DNA from: Tubulanus polymorphus
Taxonomy: Eukaryota; Animalia; Nemertea
Length of the DNA stretch: 64,000 bases
Direction of reading: 5' to 3'
NCBI RefSeq assembly: GCF_964204645.1
Contig: NC_134029.1
Location: 1,860,001-1,924,000, forward strand
The stretch's first letter is position 1. Each line of letters begins with the position of its first letter. The notes beneath the pieces are model-generated. The model was not told the DNA's origin. It did no database searches and saw only the letters and a list, made by a program, of their open reading frames with translations. Shown piece by piece: positions 52,220 to 64,000 of the stretch. Made by a program: the position numbers and the translations under genes.

Positions 52220-55200
52220 TTTAGTTGTAGTTGATGATGAGAAGAATGAACAGTATAGTGAAGTATCGTGACTAGCAGACGCTCGCTCTACTATTAGAAC
52301 TCTCGCTAGTAGCGCTCAACGTTAACATACTACGATTGCCGACGCGAATGTAACGTCGCACGCTAGCTAGCTCGAGCGCTGTAAAATGTCTGTTACCGTG
52401 TTACCGATTGTGCTAGCATACACAATTCCAGACACTTTTTCGGCGTTCTCTTTTAACCGGCGCCAGACGAAACTCTCCGCAACGGACGGAAGAGATCTGA
52501 TACTTTGATATTTCAAGCGTTATTCGAATCGTCATCGCCATTTAACGACGAATTAGGCGATATTTATGCAATGTTTACGATAGAGATTTTGGTGATTTCG
52601 ACAAAGCGACGCGTCATTTGTAGCGATCGAATTTCGATCAGAAATCCTATGAGTGAAAAAAGTCACACCGAAAACCATTCCATAAGTCGCGACTGGTCTC
52701 GATAGTTGCCGGTGAACCCAAACAAAAATATCGCCGTTTTCTCTGAGAACATGAACACAAACTTCCCCAAGCGCCATATTACTCAATTAACTACACTTCT
52801 CACAAATCGCAGTTTTTTCCTACTTTGCCGAATTTTTGTCGACTTTTGCTTTTGGTTAACAGCTATAAGGGTAATTCATTGATTAGAAGCCTTAAAGACG
52901 ACAGAAGGCTGACTTTGGGTGGTCCATAACAAAATGATTTATTTTTGTGGATATCGGTTTGCTTCGTTGGAAAATGGCGTCGTTTACCGATACACCGTCA
53001 GATAAAGGCGAAGGGTTGATTTGAAAAATCCAAAATTTCCTAATGATTGGACCCGGCAATATTTAGTATTTAGTATCAGATGAAAGCTAAAAAGAAGAGC
53101 TTTATTATGCCATAAATCTTGTATCAATTTGACGATTGACTGCATAGAAAATCAGCCAGCAAATTTCTGCTTCGTGAACGTCATTGTGCGAGTAAATTTA
53201 TGCAGCCAATTGCGTACTTGGAAGCGATTCAAACTGAAATTTCGGACCCGAATAACTCATCACTGACTCGTCGAATCTACTCTATATTTTGTCCAATTAT
53301 CATTTGAGTTCCCCATCTTCGATGAAAATTAGCATTAAGCTTTTTCGTCTTGTCTAAGATACTTTAATTTGGGGTTGAATTTAGCCTTTTGAAAATTACA
53401 TAGTAAGAACGAACAACGCCAGGTGCCGCATAGAATGTTGTTTTGGTTTTTCCTTTTTAACAATATCTATGGACAATAGTTTTCATTAATTAAGTCCCTG
53501 AAAATGTGGAAATTAGAAAGATAACTTCTATTACGCTAGGATGAACTCATACATGCATGTGGCGAGACCGGTCACTCTTTCCAGTGTTCTAGACCTTTAC
53601 GAAAGCACGTCGCGCGGCCATGCAGGTTTCACACTCTGTAAGCTTGCATTCAATGCCAGTTTTTTGCACCTTTTCAAATGAATCAATTTCAACTTCATAA
53701 GATTAAATATATGTATCCATTATCACTGTGTTTCTTGTATCAAGTGGGCGACCGATCGCGCCGCCTTTCATTGAGTGAAAATATACATGTTTTGAATTAA
53801 TTGGCAAGTACCAAAATCATAGTATATCCTTTCGTGTACAACAGAAAGGCAAAAATGAAAGAATCATCGCAAACAAAATATTTTACTTTTTATTTTTCAT
53901 TTTACACCTGCTTCATTGAATTTGATGCAGAATAATTGAAAATTTGATACCTATTTTATGAAAACTGTTCAGAAATATGAAGTTATAACATAAATTTGTG
54001 CGCAAAATGGTTTTCCTCCCCGGGGCGAATCCAAAGGGAGAGCGAAGGGGGTGCCCCTTAGATGTCAAGTTGCCGTGAGAAGTTTAAGGGAAAATGAAAA
54101 ATATTTACTAACTTTAGAATATCAACTGATACTAAGAAATTTGGAATTCATAAGCATGTTCTCTGGTAATCTCCAAAAATCCTTTTCGATTATCCTATTT
54201 AGGGTGTACCCCTCCCCGAATCAGATCCTAGGTCCGCCTTGAGTCTATAGAAAACCGTATCATTCAAAAACTAAGTGATTGATTGAAATAATAAAATGCA
54301 ATTCTTGTTTAGAGATTCATGCAATTGTTGATTTTCCCGCCGGCGCGAAATGATCCTTACAGCGCGTCTCGCGTCCAACCAGGGCTTATTGGCGGGAAGA
54401 GACAACCAGACCTCGTGCTGTGGAAATTCTCGCGCATGTATTTGGTTTTTGAGAAAAATCTTTCTGGAAAACCAGGAACAGGTTCAGACGGTATAGCACC
54501 GTTTAGGTACGGGCTACACCGTCGCGAAAATTCCATGCCCTCTTTCATCTTTTTTTATCCCCAAAGTAACAAGGGCACATTTATAAAGTCGTCCCTTTTA
54601 ACCCCAAATGTAGAAAAGGGCACATTTTTACAAGACGAGAGATTTTTCAACAAAAAGGCATAGCATCTTCAGGATTTCATCTTTTTTTTGCCTGGGAACT
54701 ACATCTTAATGCAGTAAATTGTCTAGAAAGCAATCAACTTGTAGGACTGCATTCATTGCTTGTAGATTGCACGAAAAAGCAGTAAATTTCTACAATATTT
54801 GCCTTCGTTGGGCGTGGATCGTGCCCTTTTTTTAAAGTTGTGCTACCCTCAACAGGTCCCAAGACCTACCCCTGAAACTGTATTAATCACGGGGGTGGCT
54901 TAGACAGACTCTTTCCTTCTATCATAACATTTGTGACCACTTAGAGCCATTCTCTTTAGATTAATCTGGATGTATCCGGATACGTAAGATAAATCAGTCT
55001 GTGGTAGTTTGAATATCCTTAAGGGGGTAAAACCAATCGATATCATCTCTCGAAATACAAAAAAATACTTAGTCATTATTTTATTCAACACAGTGTACAT
55101 AACACGCATGATAAACATAAACTCTTGATACATAGATATGATACAATCATGAATCCACAGAACCCAATAAGCGGGAACCCGAGTAACTGATCATCAATTA

Positions 55201-55871
55201 CCTAATTATAGATTAAGACCAAATTTGGTAGACGTTTATCACATTTAATTTCTCGGTGGAATTTAAAATCATCACATATTCATAAGTATAAAACAAGCAG
55301 CGACATTATTTTGTCCTCCTAAAATATATATATATAACTTCCTATCGACTATGATAAAAATAAAGAATCCAGGAGGGTGAATTCGTAACTTTGCTCTAAT
55401 TTAATAGTTTGCTGCTTAAAGTATCTTTTAGCTACATCTCAATGAGGTGAGGTTTGATCGATGCTTAATCTAGCGAGACATCATTCACCATTCCAAGAAC
55501 ATTTACACCGACAGTATTTTTCTAACATAACAGACATCCATATTGTGACCATTTATTTTTTTTTCTTTCTCCATTTTTTACAAGCGGATACAACGATCAC
55601 CTACACATTATATCCTGGTTTTCCATTCTTTACAACTTCCAAAAATCTTGTTCGCCAATCTTTAATTCTTATTCAAAGTCCTTAGTTTCTGGTGTATATA
55701 TATATATATATACATTTATAATGTCAACGTAAAATATATAATAGTTTGTATATAACAACATTTCGTTGCTAACATATCAAAATATACATAGCTACGCATT
55801 ATATTTTCTGGTACAAAAAATAAATATATAACGTGGATATAAATGTTCTAATCTATTGCAGTTTATCACAG

Positions 55872-58793
55872 TTATATACGCTGGTCAGACTTCGCTTTAT
55901 TTAGAGCTTTTTCTAACCGCGGGAAAAAGTCCGAAACGATTGAAGGCATAACTGTGTCGATTAATCCATGAGGCACTTTACCGCACGGGTCTGATTGTAC
56001 TATGTTCGTCACTCGGCATTTATTCGGATCGCTGAAAATGAGCGCAAAAAAAGGTTTTTTTAAAATCAGCGAAGACGATGGTATGGTGGAATATTTTTGA
56101 TTTGTCAACGTACCTCGGTATTCGTGAGCAAATGATTCCGAGAGGATGGTTGAAACCTCGAATACACTTTGGACTCGGAGGACACGCGGGATAGTCGATA
56201 CTTACAGCTGAAAAAAGGAATTGAGTGAAAACAACGATCACTATTGGTGGAACGAATCAGAAAGTAAAAATCATGGCTTTAAATGAAATGTTTCACAAAC
56301 CTGTATGTGATAAAGAATCAGTAGATCGTTTTATTAGCACCAAATCTACAAATTCTCGAGATGAGATCGCTCCTCCAGCTTGACTTCCCACTAAACATTT
56401 TTGTATGAATAAATCCTAAAGAAATCAAATAAATCATTTCAATATATGACAATCAGGAAGTGTCGCCATCTACTGTAAGACTAAGACACTAGCTAACTTT
56501 TGATAAAATGTAGTTCGATATATCAATTACACTCGATGATTGTTGGCTGTGACTGTAAACTTATATCACAGCTGTGATTGTCATCGAAACTACATCAAAT
56601 TATTGTAATCATTTTAGTCATTGACTGTTAATAAACAGTTGTATATCAAATCTCTTCAAATGATAAATCTCGCAGTTCGTCAATAACAACAGTCTGTGAA
56701 ACGCGTATATAGGAGAAATTATTGTAGCATACCTGATCAAGTTGTTCTAAAGTTTCTATATGTTTGATTGCTTTGTCCCATTTTACACGTGTGGATCCTG
56801 TACTAACGAACTCAAAAACCGTTTCGGGGCTGAAGTTTATTATGGATTCCGCTACAAACCTGTTAATTACACGTATGATAAGTCGGTATAAAATATGAGA
56901 TCGTGAGTGGAGTGAAGTGGAGTGAATAGTAGCTTAATCCTCATTCACATCCCTAATGGCACATTGCCATATTAAAAAGGGTTTTCCCTTCAATCATGGA
57001 CCATAAAACGATGCTTCAATGAACCTCATTATCGTGTATTTTGAAATTAGTTTTTCTTCCGCGTTATTTTCGCGGATAAAATCGAATCGAAAATGTGTAA
57101 AAATGAAATAAAATAGATTCAAGGAGGAATGATGATTTATAGACGTGCGTACCACGAGAAAATGAGATAGAGGGTTTGAAGGTCGGGAACACCTTCATCG
57201 CATGATTGAATGCAAGCATAATGCGCGCAATCACTTATGAAATCACAAACGAATGTTATTATGAGCTTCAGGGATAAATTCGTCAATTTCATCTTTATTC
57301 CACGGGGTTTATATTGATTACAAGTATACTTACAGTTTACCAGAATATTCAGTCGATGAGCGTGAGTGAACAATAATCATGTTCTGAAATACAACCAAAC
57401 AAATCATCAGATAAGAAAAGTCGAAAATGTTTGATAAGTATGAAGAATTTGTAGATCCTGTTTCAATACAATATATTCAATAAGCATGAAGTGAAGTGGT
57501 TACGAAAACAACTGTAATACAGAGATTCAAGATGGCCGCGAAGGACCTATTTCTGATAATCTCTGATGATCGATGTTTGGGGATCGAGTGTCGGTTTCAG
57601 GAAATGTGAAGAGCATTTAATCACTTCTTCTGATTAGATATTGATTATTGTAGAGACGAGACTACTTATTTGAATGAAGTGAATGAAGAAATACCACGCA
57701 CAGTGCGTGTGCGAGTGACGCGTTACGTTAATGAGATCACAAGAACATCTGTAGAGCGAAATTAGCCGTGATTTGTTGACAAGTAATCGATGGTATTCTC
57801 CTTACAGCAACATCAGAAAAAATTTCGATAAATTCCGTCATAATTCCGACGGGAACTGGTATTTTAGCTTCAGGGGTCTACAATCGAAATGTATTGGTTT
57901 TGTGTACCAGTGTATGACTGAACTATCACAACATCGGATTATATTGATCTTGCCCGAACTTGGAACATTGCTGTTATTCAATAGTAAAAACAATAGATTT
58001 ATGATTGTGTACGGTGACGTCCACGTGTAGAGGCTGATTCAGGCCACATTTTCTGAACGGCTTAAGCAATGATTTTAAAAAATTTATATTGGCCCATTTT
58101 TTATTTTCTCATCCTAGAATTCAAAACGTCTTGTTTTCTCGCGCGAGAAAACAAAAAATGCAGGGCCAGCATGAAAATTCTTTTATCGTGCCTTTAGCCG
58201 TTCAGAAAAAGTTTTTATTATGGCCCGCCCGAAACAGCCACCATAAGAGGCTGATAAGGATGTAATTCAGACAGTCTCAGTTAAGACCACGGTAAAAAAA
58301 AATCAATTACAATGTGAGGATGTTTGACTGGAGATTATGCGAGTAAGGTTTTTACGGTTGTTTATAGCTAGTATACACCCACACGCAGCCGTTCTAACCA
58401 CTGATCTATTACCAATATTCTTATTGCTGGAATTGTAGGATTTCTATAATAGGATTTGTAAGAATTCCGACGCAGTCAACACGGAAACCTTGGAAATTGA
58501 CGTGTCTTAGACACAACCAGTCGGACGGACAAATTACTTTTTTCTATTGGAATTTTTATGTAAGCCCTATATATATGAATTTCCTCAACGTATGTATTTA
58601 TAAGTTATGTGGGGTTCACATGGCGGCATTGCGAAGAATATAAAAAGCGTCTCGCCCTTTTGTCCGGGGAACCCACCGATTTCTTTTTCGCCCATGTTTG
58701 CCGATCTTCGGAAACGTAGCCTTCAATCTTTCGGGCAGTTTCATGAGCGAGTTGTGTAAGTTCGTCAATCGTAGGTTGCCGAGATGGGCCCAT
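55872..58793 (-). CDS. STARD5: START-domain lipid transfer protein, STARD4/5/6 subfamily (STARD5-like), 6 coding exons
   Basis: Exons 58793-58677, 57383-57334, 56859-56733 (RVKWDK), 56415-56301 (ISSREFVDLV), 56207-56114 (CPP...IRGFNHP.G) and 56031-55872 (DPCGKVPHGLIDTVMP) join in frame. Confidence 0.85.
58042..58224. mobile_element. MITE-like palindromic element in a STARD intron
   Basis: Inverted ends GGCCA..TTTTCTGAACGGCT ... AGCCGTTCAGAAAA..TGGCC, with an internal palindrome TTGTTTTCTCGCGCGAGAAAACAA. Confidence 0.6.
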
Positions 58794-61700
58794 TTTGTAG
58801 TTTTCTTCCACTGAAAAAAATAGAATATTTGTGAAAAGGAAAGAAAATAAAACGGTAATGAGCGAGCGGAAAAGAGGGAGTTTATACACTGGATAGACTA
58901 GCAAAAAAGTAAAAAACCCATTAATCTGTATTTTACTGGGTAAAGCGGGTCTGTAGACGAGTTTTGAAAAAATAATTCCTACACCTTAGACCAAGTTCTA
59001 GTAATCTGAAAAACCCTGTCGTTAGAGCGATAAAAAGAAACAGAACTCAAGTAACCCGCACCACACACGCAAACATGCCCGCAATGGGTATATTCAAATT
59101 CATGTTTTCTTTATCGAGTACGAAGGCCTTCGCGACGTTCCTGGGATACGAACACATAACAACAATTCTAATGTTTTACGGATTGAAGCGGGTCTCTGTA
59201 GACCAGTTTTTATAATTCCTACACAATAGAACAAGTTATAGCAATCTGAATGAAAAAAAATGACGACGTTAAAATCGACTGAAAAACAGTAAAAACCCGT
59301 TGCGAATAAATAAGGAATCCCTCCCTCATATACAATACTAACGAACTAATGACAGTTACCTGCTAGATAGATTAATTGAAGTAAGCACATTTTCTGTGGC
59401 GATCGCGCACAAACCTTGGCAAAATTAAGAATTACGACGGAAATCTACGAGCACTAACCAGTCGTAATCGGCAACGTAAAATAAAATCTACCTTCTTAAC
59501 TGAACTGCGTGTTACTTACATTCGATGAACTAAAATCTGGAGAAATGCCACTAACTGCACGATACACTACAGTTAACCACGATACTCTCTTAGATTTACT
59601 GGGATTTTAATCAAGAGATTAACAATTCATAGTGAATGAACTCAGTAATACCCTAAAGTACTGAATATCACTGTATTGTATTGGTGGTTACTGGTTTAGT
59701 CATGTTCATATAGTCATTAACCATAAAAACATACGTATTCATATATTCATATTCATGTATTCGATATGTTATGATATGCGGTGTTTCTCCGGGATTCTAC
59801 ATAGAAACGAATAAATCGAAAGGGGATCATAGAGAAATTATAGATTTTAATCAAAACATTGCAGCATTGAAAATTTTCATAAGATCGAACAAAAGCTTCG
59901 AGGCATTCGCAGAATCGAAATCAAACATAATGACTTTAGTTCATTAGCATCGTCGATGCTATGGAAAAACGGCGAATTTTTCAAAGATTTTCTGCTGATA
60001 ATTTCATTTTCAGTGAATGGACATTTTTACATGATCGTTGTGGCACACAGGCGAGTGTTGGTCGGGTATTGATCTATTTATTTCTATTGCTTGTATCAAT
60101 TTTTAACACGTTTAGTTTTCTTATGTATGTTTAGTTTTATTATATGACAGTCCCGCGCGAGTTCAACTCCCGGCGGGAAACTAATCGATTAATTCTTCAT
60201 TTCTTTCTAAATCGATGAATTACAATTCAAATGGTTCTAAGAGAATGGATGTCCTGCAGCCCTGTAGAGACGTAGTGTTTACACGGGTAATCGTTTTAAT
60301 AGAGATTTCATGAATAGCGCGTCCTCACGTTTTTCCCGCGATGTCACCGTCACCCTTGATCTGCGGGTCCTTAATGGAGCTGGTTTTTCCGTCGTCGGGA
60401 ACTACCAGAGATATTCATTATTATTTCGCCAATAGATCAATACATAGCTCCAATCTTATCAATCATCGATTAATAATTGATTTTTGTGTAATTCAACTAA
60501 CATCATGTATAACTGCATGTGTAACAGTCCACCTACTGTCAATTTGGTCAGTTTACTATATATTCACACATTGATGTTAACATTATGAATAATTAATGTT
60601 ACTAACAATAGCGGTTTCATTAGAAGAGCGAATATATAGAGGCATAACGGTATGTTCGGTATGTTACGATAAACCTGTCAGTATAATAGACTTGATGAAG
60701 GAAAAGGGGGTTAAAGAGGCGGTTTTAAATTCTATACGGGTATGACAAGACATTCTCCAAGGTCAAGATATGCCGTATACATAACAGCATTACAGGAGAA
60801 GATGGGAGACGTTGCGAAGACAATCCCAGACTAATTCTAATAGCATGTAGTAGGGCTGGAGGGTAAAGGTCAGCCGGACACTCTCCTCACGGATACACAG
60901 TAATCATCCGACTCACATGGAAGCAATATAAAAAGTAGCGCTGTAAATCGTGTGTCGCATATAAATCACTATCATAGATCGATATCCATAAAACAGTGTA
61001 TTGATCTTGATAGAATATCAGTGCGCGGAAAGTGTAAGGGGTAGTACTGCACCAGTTTCAAGCTGTTACACAAAATACTCAGTTCAATTACAGGTTAATA
61101 TAAGTGGATGCTTTATTCTATATCAATAGAGGTAAAAACTCTGATTTCAAAACAGCAATCGATAAAATGGCATGCGCCAGACAGAAAATCAACCAACATA
61201 CTGAAGGAATGAAAAGAATTTAAAAAATTCAATAACCCGAAATCCTTAAATGCAGAATGTATTGTTAACGATTAAAAATCTCAACAAAAAACCTTTATAT
61301 TTGTACCCTGAGATTTAGTGTTTATACGTGCCTTGTTTATTTGTGTATTACGCACGTAATCGTTGGGATTAGGGGTTTAAGCCGGTTTGATTTCCAGCCA
61401 AAACAGTCATCATGTCCGGACAGCATATTTCCATGAAATACTGACTGAATTCGTCGTATGATTCACTGTGATTAAAGGCTGCTCCACTAGAATAATCCCT
61501 GCAAAATGAACGATTAGCACTGGATGGAACCAGTGACTGTCATCGACGCCCGTTGTGAACACAACAATATAGTCGAACAATATACATTATTTCAAGCAGT
61601 TTTCAATGCATTCTGCTTATTCAAAATGTTCACAACATTGTTCAATTTACTTCGACAAATATCAGAATCAGTGTTTGCATAATAATTACCACCCGCAGAG

Positions 61701-64000
61701 CGGGTACTGCTCGATCCATTGAGATTTTTTTAAACCGGATTCGCTGTGTACGTGTTCTTAAACATTAACCCTTTTTAAAATAAAACCAGATAATGAAGCA
61801 TCTGTGAATGTGACAGCGAGCAAAAGCTACACTCAAGAAATCTTAAAGGTCATTAATTGTTCATGAAATCAAATAATGTATGAATAATCACGTTTGTCTC
61901 TTGGTTCGAAAGAGTTGCTACATAAAGTTGTTTTCCTGGGGGTCTTATCCTTCGAATCAAACAATGAAAGACTGTTACAACTTGCTATATTGAATGAGCC
62001 CATTGATTCCCAGTACACTGGTCACATGACCACAACGGGCCAGGGACAGATACCGATCTTTGGATAGATAAAATATCCGAGAATTCTGTAAACTTTAAGA
62101 GAGCGAGAGAAAGAGATGTAATCGATTCAGTTGAATGACACTGTGTCACACAGACTTCACGTTGATTAATATGTACTGTACATATCGAACCAAGCATCAA
62201 TTTAGCTAAGTGCCCCTATACACAAATTCCTAATTTCGCACGAGATAATGTCTTCGTGAAACATGAAATTGTTAAACTGTAACACAATATAACGTTGTAA
62301 AAGTTAGTGGAACCCTCTTGTTGGTAAACTTGACTTGACGGCACCACTACAAGGGTGCGGACAGTTCCAACGATGAATCGGAGAAAAGTTACGCGGGAGA
62401 AAACGGTGTTGCAAGACCTGCAATTCCATTTCAGTATCCCATCAGTTCAAATTCTAATGATTTAAGCTGATTTAGTATTTTGACCCACGGGGAATTGGTC
62501 AGTCAGAAGATGGAACCATTCAAGAAGTTACCCTTGATTGAGAGAAGCTAATCAGATAAACTAGAACCGTAATTACGCTTCAATAACAGCTGAAGGGAAC
62601 GTAGTTTCAGAGTCAAACGAGTTACGGCAATAATGCGATGTTGTATCTCCGCACCAGAAAATTCCACACGAAACAAAATCAACCCAAGCGAAAATATCAG
62701 CTATTGACGACATCATTTCCGTGGATGCTAAAAAACTCAAGATTATCAACGATTTTTTAAGTACATTTATATATTTTAGCGGCATTGATTCGATGTGAAT
62801 CTTGGTATTGATCGGCGGATCGATGGTGTGTATTTAGAAGACATTGATTTAAAGTCACCCAGTAAGACATGTTATACGTAAATCTAATGTCAAATCAATG
62901 AATATTAATTAATACCTTCAAAAACAAATAAGTATGACCACGTTTTAGACCACGCCATTTTTTCGTATCCTTGTAACCATTTCAGATAATATTCGATAAC
63001 AACCATTCAGGACCACGAAACCTTTCTCTTTTCATTCGAACTTAGAACAATGTGGTTACCAACCCAGGGTAGGTTTTGACCCAAATATTAAAAAAAAAAA
63101 AAAACAAGTTCAAGCACAAAATTCTGAAGGTATGAATATTGTATTCCACGCTTACATTAGGAAATATACCTGGCAAAATTTGGGCTAGGAAAAAATGAAG
63201 CTATACATAGTATACATAAAAGAATCATGGATTTTTGATTGAATCCGTGCGGTGGGGGAGGGATCGGTATGGGCAACCACTTAAGACAACATGAATCTCT
63301 TTTCTCCATCAAAGTAAGACTACATTAGTCTTCTCTTCTTATGATCTAAAATTCCGTGTCCTTCTAGATTATCACAGAAGACCAATCCCCTAACCTTAAT
63401 AATCAATTCGCTAACACCACAGTAATATTGTTTCTGTTCCTCAGTGCGGGACGCGGGTGGGTACTATACTCCTCTTCTCGCAGGGGAATAAATCTCACTT
63501 GCAATCACGCATTTCCATTGAAATGACAAGCTATGGCTTTATGGCTTCACAACACGCTGCGAGCTTATACTGTGTGGACAATGTAGTCCTATCATTGAAA
63601 TGATGAAGAGAGAATTTATATCCTGAATAATACAGGGATGAGCTGTGAAAACGTCACTTATTCATTGCGTGGGCTGACTGTGTCGTATGGTTTTAAAAAT
63701 CACAGAAGAAATCGCACACCAAACAGCTGTAGCAGAGTTTGGGACTGATATTTCAAACTATAAATTCGAGCAAAAACATGATATTCCCTATTGAACCCGC
63801 TATCAACTCAATTCATAGATTATGAGGTCATCCAACTACCATCATAATCCAAACGACAACCAAGCCGAGGTGAAAAGCGAATGAAATAAGTATATTTACC
63901 ACTAGGGTCAGTTTTCAGGCATGACCTTAACCCCAAGGTTGATCAACTATTTTAGTCAGCCCCTACACATTGGTAGGCCTATATAGAACCATGGACTAAA

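Noticed and set aside
62340-62800. Faint resemblance to a BEL/Pao retrotransposon RNase H-downstream region
   Set aside because: The motifs are too eroded to call without a search, and no LTRs are seen.

Overview
AT-rich, intron-dense animal genomic DNA with many short GT-AG introns. The gene content (class-2 semaphorin, Mieap, CFAP141, GHDC) suggests a protostome, probably a spiralian; this is an inference. Spliced gene models were built by hand. In order the window holds: the 3' end of TMEM144 (+); GHDC (-), head-to-head with SPATA18/Mieap (+); an initiator tRNA-Met (-); a tandem pair of myotubularins (+), the first divergent and the second a canonical MTMR2-like gene; CFAP141 (+); a secreted class-2 semaphorin (-); a gene-poor stretch at about 36-46 kb; a PAR-bZIP factor of the TEF/HLF/DBP/Pdp1 family (-); an intron-containing histone H1 (-); and a STARD4/5/6-like START protein (-). 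Several MITE families are dispersed through the window. Top observations: (1) the upstream myotubularin is intact but its P-loop reads HCTAGWDRT instead of HCSDGWDR, it lacks the coiled-coil/PDZ tail, and it shares a 109-nt near-identical tract with MTMR2 that looks like gene conversion; (2) Mieap has three homologous, frame-preserving tandem exons in its coiled-coil region, which may be mutually exclusive; (3) candidate in-frame cassette exons sit inside conserved domains of MTMR2 and the PAR-bZIP gene, and MTMR2 has several candidate first exons. All splicing calls are predictions from sequence alone.
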